Shown piece by piece: positions 24,684 through 38,387 of a DNA stretch of 64,000 nucleotides. How positions within the stretch are numbered: the stretch's first letter is position 1; each line of letters begins with the position of its first letter. The notes below the pieces were generated by a model. That model was not told the DNA's origin, made no database searches, and was given only the letters and a program-made list of their open reading frames with translations. Origin of the DNA: Octopus sinensis (Eukaryota); assembly GCF_006345805.1 (NCBI RefSeq), contig NC_043000.1, positions 46,066,001-46,130,000 on the forward strand. Reading direction: 5' to 3'. The translations under genes and the position numbers were made by a program.

Positions 24684-25904
24684 GTAAGAGACTATTATTA
24701 TTGTTGTACCAGGTTATCAGCACTGAGTAAGATCTGATTGAGTATACCTAAGATCAAAGATCTGTTCAACTATAACTATTTGATCGTCTTAGGAATATCT
24801 TATATGTGCCTTCTTTTTAAAGACATTTGGGTGTAATTTAAGATGCCTTTGGCTGCTATTTCTTGCAGGCTGAGTAAACATATAGGAGCTCCTCTATTGG
24901 CTTGATAAAATAGGAAAGATTAAAATGACAGCAATAATTATAATCATTACAAAAATTATTATAACTGATGGTGATATTACCAACGGTATATTTGCTTTCT
25001 TTTGTTTGTTTTTTATAGTTATGATTATGATTATGATGATTATGATATGAGAAAAAATCAATTGGAAATAATAAAAAAACAAAAAGAAACGAGAAAGAAT
25101 CCCAATGAATTGTTGAAACACAAACTTTTAAGGAAATTGCTTATTTTGAATTAACATTATTTTCTTATTTTAAAACTGAAATAGGAGACAAAAAGAAAAG
25201 TCTTCAATTTGTTATCTAGAAGAGTATAAAGAAAAAAGAAAAAAGAAAAATAGCTTGAAATTGAAGCATAAAACCAAAAGCTAAAGATAAAAAAATAATA
25301 TAAAAATGCAGAAATGACATAACCAAAAGAAATTTGTTGTGTTAGTGTTATTCGAATATTCAACAAGTGAGCCAAGACTCTGAGAGCATCAATTTATATG
25401 AACTGTTAAGCACATAGCACATATACATACATGGTATAGTGGTTTGATTTTCTAAATCACTTGAGTATATTAGTATTATGCAATGATTTATCATTGCATT
25501 TGTATACAGTGACAATAAAATTGAATTGAATTGGTTGCTTCTTCAGTGCCCATAAAGTGTGTGTTAAAAAAGGAAAAAAACAGAAAATTTCATCAGGATT
25601 CCACAGATGGACAAGAATGAACCCATTACGATCTGGTTTACTTTGAAATGGGTATCATATCCACAAAAGTATATAGCCATACATATTTCTTGCTAAATTG
25701 CTTATTCAGTGTTATTTTAATATTTTTTCTTTATTTATTTTATATTTTAACAATGTTAAAAGCTTCACAAAGCATTGTTATATGACTTTTTGTCTTTTTT
25801 GGTTTTATTTTACAACATAAGGTCTTTGAAGCAGGCACCAAATTAACCATAGTTGTTATTTCTATTCTTCTTATTTTTATTTTTATTGTTGTTGCTGTTT
25901 ATAG

Positions 25905-26013
25905 TTTCCCCGTGTTCCTCCAACCAACCCCCTCATCTCCACATTCCATCATTGGGGATTTTATTAGATATAATTCCATTCCATCAGGCAAGCGGTGAGA
26001 GATTGTAGCTTTG
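25905..26013 (+). other. Candidate exon with alternative donors (GTGAGA at 25995, GTAAGT at 26014)
   Basis: T-rich acceptor ttgctgtttatag; the 90-nt form is open in phases 1 and 2, the 109-nt form is closed in all frames. Confidence 0.2.
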
Positions 26014-27102
26014 GTAAGTTATATTCGGTAGGTAACATTAATACTGGAAGATTTTTTCATGCAGAAAGTTTAATTGGCAAGCCAGAGAATCTGTGCATCA
26101 GTGCAGAATGGATAATGTGATGCAAGCTTTGTAACAGCAAGGCATAATACTGTTCGTTGAGTGTTTAAAAAAAAAAATGACAACAATGGAAACACAATGG
26201 CGTTAATATTTCTTTTTGGAAAATGTATGAGTTTGAAGATGATTTTTTTTCCTCAATGAGACAGTATGTTGAGAAACTATATTTGCTACAGACATAGATA
26301 ACTTCCTTTCCTTTATACGTTTTGCTTTTTTAAATATCTGCTATTCTACAATAGGATAGAAAAAGAAAAGGTATAAAGCTGAACATTAGTTTTACTGTTT
26401 TAGCAAGTCATATTGATTGAAAGACTAAGATAAGATACAATTCTCAGTGAAACACTAACTTGGGGTTGTGTGCTGGGCTTTTTGTGAAAATATTTTGACA
26501 AATCAAAGTTGACAAATCAGCAATAATTTATAAGGATGTGTACTTAATGATAGATAATTTCCATCATGTAAAGCACAATCAGTTTATTTCAATGAATGTA
26601 AGCTTTATAGTTATGTTTAATCACAGATACAGATTTTTATTGCCATACTCTGGGGAGAGTCGTGTTTATATCATGTAAACACACACACACACACACAAAG
26701 GCACAATGTAAATACACGATGATGACAATGATCACCACCAATGCAACTATCTTAATCGTTTTTGAATACTAGCAATAATTGGATATGTTTACAGTAAGGG
26801 AAATCACTACTGTGTCATTCCTTCATTCACAAAGGCTGAATATTCTCTTGTTTGACTTCATTTGAAGCTGCATATTTTCTGTGTTCCAAAAGAACCATCT
26901 AGATTTGGTACCCAGGATTATTCATGCTGCAGTCATTGTCCATTTCATCACAAGCCCAAAGAAACACAATCATTCCTACCATCATTCTTTTTGATAGTTA
27001 ACAGAATATGTTTTCCATCATATTTCTGAAATTTGTTAAGTCACATTTAACAACCCTCTCTCTCCGTATCAAACCATTTTGGATCAAATTTCTTGCCACC
27101 AA

Positions 27103-27303
27103 GGTGTAGGAGTGGCTATAGGCGTAGGAGTGGCTGTGTGGCAAGTAGCTTGCTTACCAACCACATGGTTCCGGGTTCAGTCCCACTGAGTGGCATCTTG
27201 AGCAAGTGTTTTCTACTATCACCTCGGGCTGACCAAAGCCTTGTGAGTGGATTTGGTAGACAGAAACTGAAAGAAGCCCATCGTATATATGTATGTATGT
27301 ATG

Positions 27304-27348
<45 letters not shown>

Positions 27349-27575
27349 ATGTGTGTGTATATGTTTATGCATCTGTGTTTGTCCCTCAACATCGCTTGAC
27401 AACCGATGCTGGTGTGTTTACGTCCCTGTAATTTAGCGGTTCAGTAAAAGAGACCAATAGAATAAGTACTAAGCTTACAAAAAATAAGTCCTGGGGTTGA
27501 TTTGCTCAACTAAAGGCGGTGCTCCAGCATGGCCACAGTCAAATGACTGAAACAACTAAAAGAGTAAAAGAGTAA
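27103..27575 (+). mobile_element. SINE family A with an 18-bp duplicated head
   Basis: ggtgtaggagtggctata-ggcgtaggagtggctgtg..., then full body. Confidence 0.9.
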
Positions 27576-27731
27576 GTATATGCATGATATACATACAGGT
27601 GCAGACATGGCAGTATGTTTAAGTAGTTTGCTTCCCCACAACATGGTTTCAGGTTCAGTCCTACTGTGTGGCACCTTGGACAAGTATCTTCTACTATGTC
27701 CCAAGATATAGTTCAAAATCCATATAGTTGT

Positions 27732-28800
27732 AAATGCTGCTTGTCATCAATTTCCACGTAAGTGGCAAAAAAATATTAGTTGAAAATTTCCTACCACATT
27801 TCCTTTATTTGGATCCTTTTGACACAATACCATTCTACCTTTTGTCATCCAGACTGGCACCTGGATCACATTACTCATCATTTTGTCCATCTGTCTCAAA
27901 ATTCTTTTGTGTAGTAGTGTTAAGTTCTTAAGCCAATAACCCTGAATCCCATCTAGTTCATATGCAATCCAGTTAGGTAATTCCTTGTTCTGATCTCCAG
28001 CCATTTATTCAATAATTCTCAAATACTCCTACTGATACACTCTTTCTCCTGCTTGAGTGCCCATAATCCCTTCACTTCAGTTTTGTGCTGTTGTTTTCTA
28101 AGGCCATATGTTCGACCAGAATCTTTTGCTCTCCTCAGCATTTGGCACATCATTTTTAACTTTTTCTTTTCCATTTAGTTTCTGATAAACTCGCTTGATC
28201 AAAATGTCCATTTAAGCTGTACTGCTAAATTCTCTGTATTTCTTCAGTCTATCTTCCAATTCCTCAATTACAACATTGATTCCCTTTTCTTCACCCCATA
28301 CTTCTCCAACTCAACATACTACTCTTTCTTCCAAAATTCATCAATTTTTTTTTCCTTTCTAGGATATTGATGTTTTCTGATCTCAATGATGGACTGCTTT
28401 ATCCTCATTTTCTACCATAGTTCCTTCTAGATATCTTATCACTTACCAGTGGCTCTAAAGCTTAACTTCTGAGCTATAAAGATCAAAATTGCATTTATCA
28501 TATTGTTGATGTCTGTGATGTTTTCAGTCCTAATATGACCAGCAACGTCATTAACCTTCCTAACTTATTCACTAAGTTTCCTTCTGTCTACATTTTTAAA
28601 TCCCACATTAAAGCACTCCTCGCCAGAGGTCAAGATATCAATGATTGCACAACCACTAATATTTTGCTTACAACCTCATCTCTGGGAAGCTTTGTCTAAA
28701 CAGATCCAAAGGAACCCCTCTACCCTTACATTTAAGGTAAGCTATTCTGTGTTGGATACTAACCCAGTATTCTATACTTGATAGCGAGAAGAAACTGAAA
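27732..28800 (-). mobile_element. R4/Dong-like (restriction-like endonuclease) LINE, N-terminal to RT region, degenerate
   Basis: GFKNVDRRKL, VPNAEESKRFWSNIW, DGIQGYWLKNLTLLH, WMTKGRMVLCQKDPNKGN and PLTWKL motifs on the minus strand. Confidence 0.85.
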
Positions 28801-28904
28801 AGAAAGACAGATTTTAATGTTTGGATGCGACTATTCCCTGCTACACATCAACCCAGTATTTTCAGTCACAAGGAATTATTACTATTATTATTATTATTAT
28901 TATT

Positions 28905-29235
28905 AGTATCTTTTGACAAAATCTCTCAGCTAATTTTGCTGGGTACGATGGAAAGTGTCAGCTGTCTACAATCAGTAGACTATGATGACGCTTGTCACCA
29001 TAGTCCAGTTATCCAAAAATCCTGTGTAGAACTCTCACAGTTCCAAGCAATGATGTTTTTTCCAGGTGTTACATTTGTACCAATGTTTTTGTGCCATGCT
29101 GGTAGTTGAGTGCTGATACTTCCAAGCACACCAATTACTGCTGGTACCATGTTCACTCTCTTCATTTCCCACAATCTGCATATTCCTCACATCTAATCAC
29201 CATAGTTAGTCAACTTTTCTTCTGCTTTCCCTTTA
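28905..29235 (-). mobile_element. R4/Dong-like LINE 3' end
   Basis: RLWEMKRVNMVPAVIGVLGS...SLLGTVRVL remnants; (TTA)n arrays on both sides. Confidence 0.7.
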
Positions 29236-29511
29236 TTATTATTATTGTTATTGTTATTTTAAAGCATTTAAATCTCTTGCAGCTGAATCAATTGTACACT
29301 GAGGAGATTTGTAGAAGGTATACTTTGTTCATTACTTTAGAATATACCTTTTTTTTTTGCAACTGACGATTTTAAGCTCATGTAAAAAAAATTAACGGTT
29401 TTATGTAAAAGGAAAATTTCTTTTTGAAGAAATTTGAATTATAAAATATATTTTTGTCTATGAAACAATATCATGATGATGACTTTCAGTTGTTTCCAGA
29501 AAAATATATAC

Positions 29512-29745
29512 CTATTTCTTTACCGGCCACAAGGGGCTACACAGAGAGGGGACAAACAAGAACAGACAAATGGATTAAGTCGATTATATTGACCCTAGTG
29601 CATAACTAGTACTTATTTAATTAACCCCGAAAGGATGAAAGGCAAAGTTGACTTCAGCGGAATTTGAACTCAGAATGTAGCGGCAGACAAAATACCGCTA
29701 AGCATTTCGCCCGACGTGCTAATGATTCTGCCAGCTCGCCACCTT
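29512..29745 (-). mobile_element. SINE family C, tail type 1, full length
   Basis: Head aaggtggcgagctggcag, B-box gagttcaaattcc, tail ccccttgtgg...aaagaaatag; about 10-bp TSD ggtatatatt (minus-strand reading). Confidence 0.9.
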
Positions 29746-30502
29746 AGTAAAGAATATATACCAGAGCTGAGCAAATAATTACTAGGAACATTGTTTTTTT
29801 AAAACCATCTCTATGTAGAATAAAAGAAAAAAAATTTGTTGGTATTTGTTCCTTATTGTCTATAATTGTTATATCTGTATTAATGACCTAGCTACATCTA
29901 ATTCTGAAATATGTTCTCATAGTCTTATTAATAAGATTTTTTTTAGTTTTCTATTGGATAAAAGTTCTATTGTAGTCAGAAGAAAAATCAATTATAGTAA
30001 AGATATTTTCGACATAATAATGATGAGAGGAAACACATGTACAATTCTAAGTGGTTTCCATACCAGAGACATATTATGAGAAGAATGTGAAAGAATCATC
30101 AACACAGAGAGAATAATTTGAGCTTCAATCAAGGATAACTTAACACTTTTTTTTAAAATCAATTATATAAGAAATCTCATTTTATTTGTTGTCGTTCACT
30201 GACAGTCATACACAAAACTTTTTTCTAGTCTCTTTAAAGCACATACTTTTACTAATAAATGTGTGTGTGTGTGTATACATGAGTAAGTAAACAATTAAAA
30301 AAACACTCAATACATTTAGTAAGAGTTACATGTATGGTTTAAAGTGACATAGGCTTCATACAAAAGCCTTTCATCTTTTCTGGATCAATAAAATAAGTAC
30401 CAGTCATATACTTGGGTCAATGCAATCAACTTGCCCCTTCAATTTCAGGCTTTGTGCCTAGAGTAGGAAGGATTTTTTGTTGTTATTATTATTATTATTA
30501 CT

Positions 30503-30549
<47 letters not shown>

Positions 30550-30833
30550 TATCATTATTAATATTATTCTACTTCGTGATAATTGCTCTGGTCGATTTTG
30601 TGACAGCAGACAGTAACCTGTCATCAGAGGTCTGACAGGGTCTCTTTCTGCAAATTATAAAACTTGGTAGGTGGATGTTGTCGATCGGGGAAGATAGTCA
30701 ACACCCAAGCACCAATCTCAAAATCCTAGCTGCATAATACATCATTTATTTGGCCCTGCTCTGCCCTCATATCAATTCCAACTTCTACAAAGATAATGAA
30801 GAACGTTAAGACAAAGGAAAGAAAAGAATAATA

Positions 30834-30864
<31 letters not shown>

Positions 30865-30883
30865 TGATAATAATAATAATAAT

Positions 30884-31092
30884 GGTTTCAAATTTTGCCA
30901 CCAGGGCAGCAATTTTGGGGAAGGGGGTGAGTCAATTACATTCACCTCGGTGTTCAACTGGTACTTATTTTATCAACCCTGAAGGATGAAAGACAAAAAT
31001 TGACCTTGGGAGAATCTGAACTCAGAACTTAAAGACTGACGAATACTGCTGAACATTTTGCCTGGTGTTGCTAGTGCTTCTACCAGCTCATA
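30884..31092 (-). mobile_element. SINE family C, tail type 2, ending in (ATT)n
   Basis: Family C head; tail ccccaaaattgctgccctggtggcaaaatttgaaacc(att)n. Confidence 0.8.
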
Positions 31093-31107
31093 GAAGTTTG
31101 AGAATTA

Positions 31108-31148
<41 letters not shown>

Positions 31149-31189
31149 GTTATTATTATTATTATTGTTGTTGTTGTTGTTATTTCTCT

Positions 31190-31775
31190 TTATCACAGTT
31201 TTGTTGGAACTCCTGAAGTCTTGCATACATTGCAGGCTTGCAACCTGCAGCCTACGTTACCATGCTATCTGATCTTTGTAGTTATCTTATACCTTCCGGA
31301 TTATTCTGGCGATGCCAAGGAGGCAAAACTCTTGTAACAGCTCTTCTGGGCACTCTGTTCCAATTTCCTTTATATTCTCTTTGATGCCTTCTGATACTGT
31401 TCCCAAGAACCCAACAATAATTGGCATTATCTTCACCTTTTTCTTTTTCCATCACCGGGCTATTTCGTAGTTAAGAGGCTTGTATTTATCTATCTTTTTG
31501 TCTTCCTTCTACACTATTCGTGGGTCAAAGGAGAATGCAACATCAAATATATAGCATATGTGGTGCACCTTGTCCACTACCACTAGGTCTGGTCTGTTAT
31601 GCTCTTGCACCTGATCTGTTTGGATTGGGAAATCCCAGAGGATTTTGCTAGTCTTTGACTCTGCCACTCTCTTCGGATGGTGCTCATACCACATCTTGCC
31701 TCTCTCTAGCCCCCACTTTGCACACAGTTCCCAATGTAGCACTTTCTCTACCTGATCATGTTGCCACAACTTGTA
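31190..31775 (-). mobile_element. R4/Dong-like LINE 3' end with restriction-like endonuclease domain
   Basis: HDQVEKVLHWELC...ILWDFPIQTD...NRPDLVVVDK...IFDVA...KKIDKY...IMPIIVGFLGTV...CLLGIARIIRKV; (AAT)n tail at 31107-31185. Confidence 0.9.
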
Positions 31776-32159
31776 ATTTCACCACTATCATTATTATTAT
31801 TGTTGTTGTTGTTGCTGTTGTTAGTTCTTTTCCTTCTTTTGTCTTAAGGTTCTTCATAATTTACTTTCCAGAGTTATCATAAAAAGAAAATACCAAATGC
31901 CTTTTTCACCATCAAATTGCGACACAAAATGCTTGACGTAAAAGGCATTTTTAAATATTCCTTAAATTTTTGCATTCAAGACATGCTTTCACAAACATTG
32001 TGTACATTAACAATGTTAAAACTGCCATTTTAACAATCTGTTTGGTGTCTTATTATAAAACATACATTTATCCTTTCCAAAGATCTACTTCCATTTGACA
32101 ATGCAACTATAAACACCTGACTTCATCATTTCAAAACACACAAAAGGTTCAAGACAATG

Positions 32160-32610
32160 AGAGTGCTTTATGTGGTTGCTTGATCTGCTAAAAGCTACAG
32201 CTAAATCATCCTCATTCCATACTAAATGAAAAGTTGAGACACTGGATAATGTAGTCTGAGATGCACTATGTATGGGGTGATGGAATGGTCACCGTTGGAA
32301 TGGTTTTGATTGTAAGTTTGCTGCACCATAACTGACTCTGGGGCAAAACAACATCAGCAACAACAACAGTAGCAGCAACAACAACAACACAGGAAAGAGT
32401 CAAATAAGAAGAGGATCCTCTACACACTCATTCAGCCTGCTAGAAATAACAGCAAATTATTTTTATACACTCCATCATCTTATTAAAATAGAAAGACATA
32501 GATACATAGTCTGAAAAAAATGTAGTCATGATGGTCATGGCTGGAAAGTCTTTTACTTTTTTGTTTTGTTTTTTTTTATCTGATCTGGCCTGAAGCTAAA
32601 CAAATGACAA
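32160..32610 (+). mobile_element. Two tandem old copies of a retroposon tail family ending in (AAC)n (family E)
   Basis: gcttgatctgcta..cagctaaatc..gataatgtagtc..ctgacctg.gctaaacaac; other copies near 22500, 23730, 24690(-), 34260 and 34610. Confidence 0.6.
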
Positions 32611-32889
32611 CATTGAAAATGTTACTTACTTTATTTTCAATTTCCATCTCTCACAACTTCATTTCCCTCTTCTCTGGCTACTTCTTCCTTCATTGTCTTC
32701 TATATCTTGCTACCATTTCCCTTCTGGGATAATTCTTATTCACTCTGTCTAATTCATTGTTCTCCAAATAGTAGCTGTGTTGATATTTTAGAACTCAATA
32801 TTCATTTATTTCTGCAGCATTTTCTTGGTGTTTGCTAAATAATTATAGATGGTCAATATATATATATAACTTAATCCTGAAGGTATGAG

Positions 32890-33125
32890 AGCTAAAGGTT
32901 AAAATTTTCGGCCCATAATTATCAGGTAATAGGTTCTATTCTTGGACTGGACCAGTTGGTGTCACGTGCATTTGAGGCGTTTGCATGACATTTCACTTCG
33001 CATTCCAGCAGGCCATTCATCTGATAATGAGTAGCTGTAGCAGATAGGAGTTAACCCTATGAAATACTGATATTCCATTCGGTGGGCAGTCACCTAAATG
33101 TCTCAGAAACTAGGACACGCTCTTG
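32890..33125 (+). mobile_element. Old tRNA-headed SINE with a V-domain-like centre
   Basis: Degenerate B-box ggttctattc; ggagttaaccctatgaaatactgatattccattcggtggg resembles the V-SINE central motif. Confidence 0.3.
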
Positions 33126-33242
33126 GCAGCTAAGCCTGTAGACGCAACATCAACTTTACACAAGTAATCTCAGCTATATTTTTGTTAGTTATCTGGACAC
33201 TCTGTTGCAAGGCTAAAGAAATTCTAACACACCACTCATTCC

Positions 33243-33356
33243 CTACTACTACTACTACTACTACTACTACTGCTACTGCTGCTGTTGCTGCTGCTGCTAC
33301 TACTGCTGCTGCTACCGCTACTGCTACTGCTGCTGCCACTGCTACTGCTGCTGCTG

Positions 33357-33407
<51 letters not shown>
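33243..33407. repeat. Compound (CTA)n/(CTG)n trinucleotide repeat
   Basis: Direct reading. Confidence 0.95.
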
Positions 33408-33539
33408 TTCATCAACAGCTGCAACTAAAGTGCATTTCACCATGCCACACTAGGAATCACTATCACTCCTTTGGCTTTGTTAGGTCCTCGATTTTATACT
33501 GTGTGTCTACCAATAATATAAACACAGCTGAATGGTCTT

Positions 33540-33960
33540 CACTGTTATTAGTGTGGAAACCTGTAACGAGCTTTAGAGCATCTCACAATCAAATACTTCA
33601 AAATCAACAAGACAAACTGCCTGCACAGATTGCATTGAGCGTATTCTTCTGTATAGAACTGAAAGCTGGACTATTAAAGAATTTCAAGATCATCTTGATG
33701 TCATCTATGCCAAGCCTGTTACAAGGGCACTCAAAACATCATATGCCACAAAAGAAAGACCAAAGACAAATTCCACTTATCTATACCATTATTGTTCAGT
33801 GCAGAGTGGGCCGAGCTGTCCCCTGCTATCATGATGGACAAATTGTAACCATGCTGGACAACAAGCCATATCAGATGCTATATTTTGGAGACATCTACAC
33901 CACTACTACTATGCAACCTACATTTAATGTTACTTTGACATGGCATTTAGTTCAAGTAAA
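33540..33960 (+). mobile_element. Degenerate RTE-clade RT C-terminal fragment
   Basis: CIERILLYRTESWTIKEFQDHLDVIY resembles the RTE ILLYGSE-WT motif. Confidence 0.7.
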
Positions 33961-34368
33961 ATATTATTACACAGGTCAAAGTCATTTGCTATATTCATTC
34001 CCATTGCACACAATTGAATCTATTCGGCAATATTCCTACTGCATTACAATGGCAAAGAACTAAACTATTGTAATGGAAATATATCAAACAAGATTGGAAT
34101 AAGGTGTGGCATGTAACTGGAAGCATGGAAATATTTGAACCACTCTAAGCAAAAATAGTGAATTAAGATAAAAGGAAAACTAGGAAAAAAATTTAGTCCA
34201 TTGTACTGCAATATTTCACATATTTCTGTTAGCCAACATTAAACCATTAGATTGTGACAAAACCTATGAGAAATAACAGCCAAATATCCCTCAATACTTA
34301 CATTGCGATCTTAAATAAAGGATAACTTATTGAATGCTACAACAGCTAGAAATAGCAGTGGAATAACC

Positions 34369-34583
34369 ACAAATGTTAGCACGCCGGGCGAAATGCTTAG
34401 CAGTTTTCGTTTGCTACTACGTTCTGAACTGAAATTCTGCTGAGGTCGACTTTGCCTTCCATCCTTTCGGGGTCGATAAATTAAGTACTAGTTATGCACT
34501 GGGGTCGATATAATCGACTTAATCCGTTTGTCTGTCCTTGTTTGTCCCCTCTATGTTTAGCCCTTGTGGGTAGTAAAGAAATA
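34369..34583 (+). mobile_element. SINE family C, tail type 1, 5'-truncated, with 9-bp TSD
   Basis: ggaataacc at 34360-34368 and 34584-34592. Confidence 0.9.
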
Positions 34584-36326
34584 GGAATAACCTGCAACTG
34601 GCACTAAACTTATTAAAACAAAAAGAACCCCACATTGAATAATGTATTTCTAGATAGACTTCACCTAAAATTTAGGCGTGATGGTCATAAATGAAATGCT
34701 TTTAATCATTGTTCTACTCAAACAAGACTGATCTGAAGTTGAGTAACAACAACAGACACAACACAATAACAACAGTATCTACTCCATGTATTTGTACAGT
34801 CGTAAACTTCTCTTCAAACAAACATATACAAGTACAGCTTTTGTTACAAATACCCAATCAAAGTAGGGAACCAAACAATATATCAATCAACATTGTTGTT
34901 GTTGCATTATTGATGTGGCTTTCGTTATAACATTGTTGTTTGCTGTCTTTCTTTTATTCATAGTTTTGTTTCTAATAGTCTTGAAGATTATCAACACCAA
35001 CATGGTTTTGTCAGTGCTGCTAACATCAAGCCACTGTTAATATGGTTTAGCAGTGTTGTGATTGATTTGTATTAATGCTCACTTGATCTGCTCTAAACTA
35101 TTTCATTCCTCTGCAGAATTTTCACATCAAAGAAGTCATTTATTTCCTCAAACATTCGTAATTAAAAGGCTTCAATGTCAACCATCTAGCTTCTTGCTTT
35201 GATCTCGTATTTTTACTATCATTAGCATTTAAACAATTCATCCTGTTGTTCATCTCTCTTGGCCACCAAGTGTAACTTTAATTATTTTTCTTCTTTTGGG
35301 GTTTTGGCTGTCATAATTCTCACATACCACTATAACTAATATGAGAAGTCAACAAACATTATTGTTGAATTTCTTCAATGCAAGAGGACCCTGAAATTTT
35401 TTAGAATGAATAACCTGTGTTTAAACTCTGAAATCTTTGAACAGCAAGTCTCATCTCTCAAAAAGTTTAGGTAGAATACTGACCAACTGATCCTTGAACA
35501 GTTTTCTCTGAAATGTGTAAGTCTGTTTAAGTGTAATCAACTGGATCTACACAGTATCAACAACATTAATAACTGTGCTGTTTCGAGGGTTAAGGAAATG
35601 TAAGTGTGTGCGTGTGTGTGGTGTGTGTGTGTGTGTTTGTGTGTGTGTGTGCATGCGTAAGTATGCATGTGTGTGCTTGTATGCAAGCATGTATATCTGC
35701 ATATGTCTGAGTATGAGCATGGTAAGCTTGGAATATTTTCAGCAGCAGAAGATATACCAATTGTCAATAATAAAGATAATATGACAATTAGAATATATAC
35801 ACATACATGTGTGTGCGTGTGTGCGTGTGTGTGTGTGTGAGTGTGTGTAATAGACAGTTGTAGATGCTTTTATTTGTTTTATGGTATTTTTTTTTTCCAT
35901 CTGAATTATGAGATTGTCAATAATGTAAACTATAAAAACGTGAATGAGAAAATAACTAAGATGATTGCAAGTAACTCAGAAATATCCATTTCATATCTTC
36001 ATACAATAAAATATTATAGTAGAGTGTATAAGTTACATTGCAAGTTTTATCATGAGGAAACAAACATCTGGTAATTCTGTGGAGACCTTGATGAAGAATG
36101 TAATGAAAAATAGGAGACACGTGTCTTGGACTGTAAAAACAATAGCCCATGGTGGAGGTGGTGGCTGTTTTCATTTTTCTCTTGTTTATAGCTTACTATC
36201 AATTATGTTTATGGTATGTATAGATGACTTCTGTGATAAACTGTCTAAACTAGAAATGTCTTTAATAATAATAACCTATGTAAATCTAATAACAAGCCAA
36301 GATAAGGAGAATAAAACATGAGCAGA

Positions 36327-36690
36327 TTAATAATGATTTATAATACAAGCTCAAGGACACAAAATCCTGGGAGTGGTTACAGTCAATCATATCAACCCAC
36401 AGTATTTGATTGGTAGTTATTTTATCAACTCTGTAGTGATGAAAGTAAATGTTAATCTCAATATCTATGTTGAGATTAAGGCTGTGAGCTGGCGGAATTA
36501 TTAACAGGCACAGCAAAATGCTTTGCAGTATTTTGTCAGTCGTTATGTTCTGAGTTCGAATGCCACCAGGATCAACTTTGCCTTTTATCTTTTTGGGGTT
36601 GATCAAGTAATACCAGATAAGTACTTGGGGTGATATAATCGAATTAAACCATCTCCTTAAGTTACTGGCCTTGTGCCAAAATCTAAATTT
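36327..36690. mobile_element. Abutting divergent pair of family C tail-2 SINEs
   Basis: Minus partial copy 36327-36478 directly followed by plus copy 36479-36690. Confidence 0.65.
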
Positions 36691-37030
36691 TGTTGGGTAG
36701 TAGATTCTTTCATTGGAAAGGTTCTGTTACTTACAATGACTTGTCTATCATGTCTCCTAGTGAGAATGAAATCCATCTGACATGTGTATTGGTTAGATTG
36801 GTAAATGAGGAAGTGGATGTCTGGTTTCTTGAAATGTGTGCTGCATATTGTTACACCAGTTGCATTACAAAGCTCCAGAAGATCATTTCTGGTACTATGT
36901 TCACTGCCTTGCTGGGCACCATAAATCATCGTGGTTCTTGACCACCAAGTCCATTAATATTGCCATCCATGTTATTGAAGTCATGATCAGTCATTGTTGA
37001 GGCTGTTTGCAAAAGAGTCTCATAGAAACT
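36690..37030 (-). mobile_element. RTE LINE apurinic-endonuclease fragment
   Basis: DHDFNNMDG...LLELCNATGVTICSTHFKKP..LIYQS....QMDFILTR...RTFPMKESTTQ. Confidence 0.8.
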
Positions 37031-37041
37031 ATACAGATCAA

Positions 37042-37416
37042 ATAGGTGTAGAAGTGGCTGCGTGGTAAGTAGCTTGCTTACGAACCACATGGTTCCGGGG
37101 TTCAGTCCCACTGCATGGCACCTTGGGCAAGTGTCTTCTACTATAGCCTCGAGCTGACCAAAGCCTTGTGAGTAGATTTGGTAGATGGAAACTGAATGTG
37201 TGTGTGTATACGTTTGTATGTCTGTGTTTGTCTTCCCAACATCGCTTGACAACCAATGCTGGTGTGTTTACGTCCCTGTAACTTAGCGGTTCGGGAAAAG
37301 AGTACGATAGAATAAGTACAAGGCTTACAAAGAATAAGTCCTGGGGTCGATTTGCTCGACTAAAGGTGGTGCTCCAGCATGGCCATAGTCAAATGACTGA
37401 AACAAGTAAAAAGAGT
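37042..37416 (+). mobile_element. SINE family A, full length
   Basis: Homologous to 4627-5057. Confidence 0.9.
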
Positions 37417-37442
37417 ATATATCAGAAGCTAAAAGAACCTTG

Positions 37443-37490
<48 letters not shown>

Positions 37491-38130
37491 CTTTGTGACT
37501 GTGTTTACTCCCACTCCTGCATGACAACCAGTGTTAGTGTGTTTTATTTATGTCCTCATAACTTAGAAGTTCAGCAAAGAAACAGATAGAATAATAGCAT
37601 GTTTAAAAAAAAAATCTTCATGGTCACAGTCTAATTATTGAAACAAAAAAAAATAAAATAAATGAGATATATGTATTCGAATTTTGAGTTTGAAGCAGCT
37701 CTGTAATGTATACATGTGTAGCTGAACACTTTTAGGCTGCATGTGTTACCTTAAGAACATCATTTTAAACATGCAGAGTGTTAGTAAACACTGTATACTT
37801 CAAAGTCTGGCAAAACAAATCGCCCAAGAATACGAGAACAACAAATATCAATATTTTATTGTTATTTTAGCTCATCAGTGCCATATACTTGATATACCCT
37901 CAAAGCAAATTCAGATCACTGGCTTGAAGTATAAACAGAAAGAGTTAGTGTTTGTTAATACGCTTTATCTTTAAAGGAACCTTCCCTGGATGAAATACCA
38001 CAACCTAAAAGCATTTAACAACACAAACTAAATATGTGACATCGATAATACATATATACATCCATACATATGTGTATATGTCTATACATGTATATATACA
38101 TATCTATATATACATGTATATGTATATATG

Positions 38131-38186
<56 letters not shown>

Positions 38187-38199
38187 TAGATAGACAGAC

Positions 38200-38260
<61 letters not shown>

Positions 38261-38387
38261 TAAATATAAATGTATGTATGTGTGTGAGTGTATATATATA
38301 TAGTAGAAATATAAAAATATACAAGGTGTAAAGATACAGAAGTTTCAGTATACACCACGTGGCTCCTTAGTATAATTTTTAAAATTG

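Noticed and set aside
33182-34063. 293-aa ORF
   Set aside because: Poly-T/A from a trinucleotide repeat fused to an off-frame reading of a decayed RTE RT fragment
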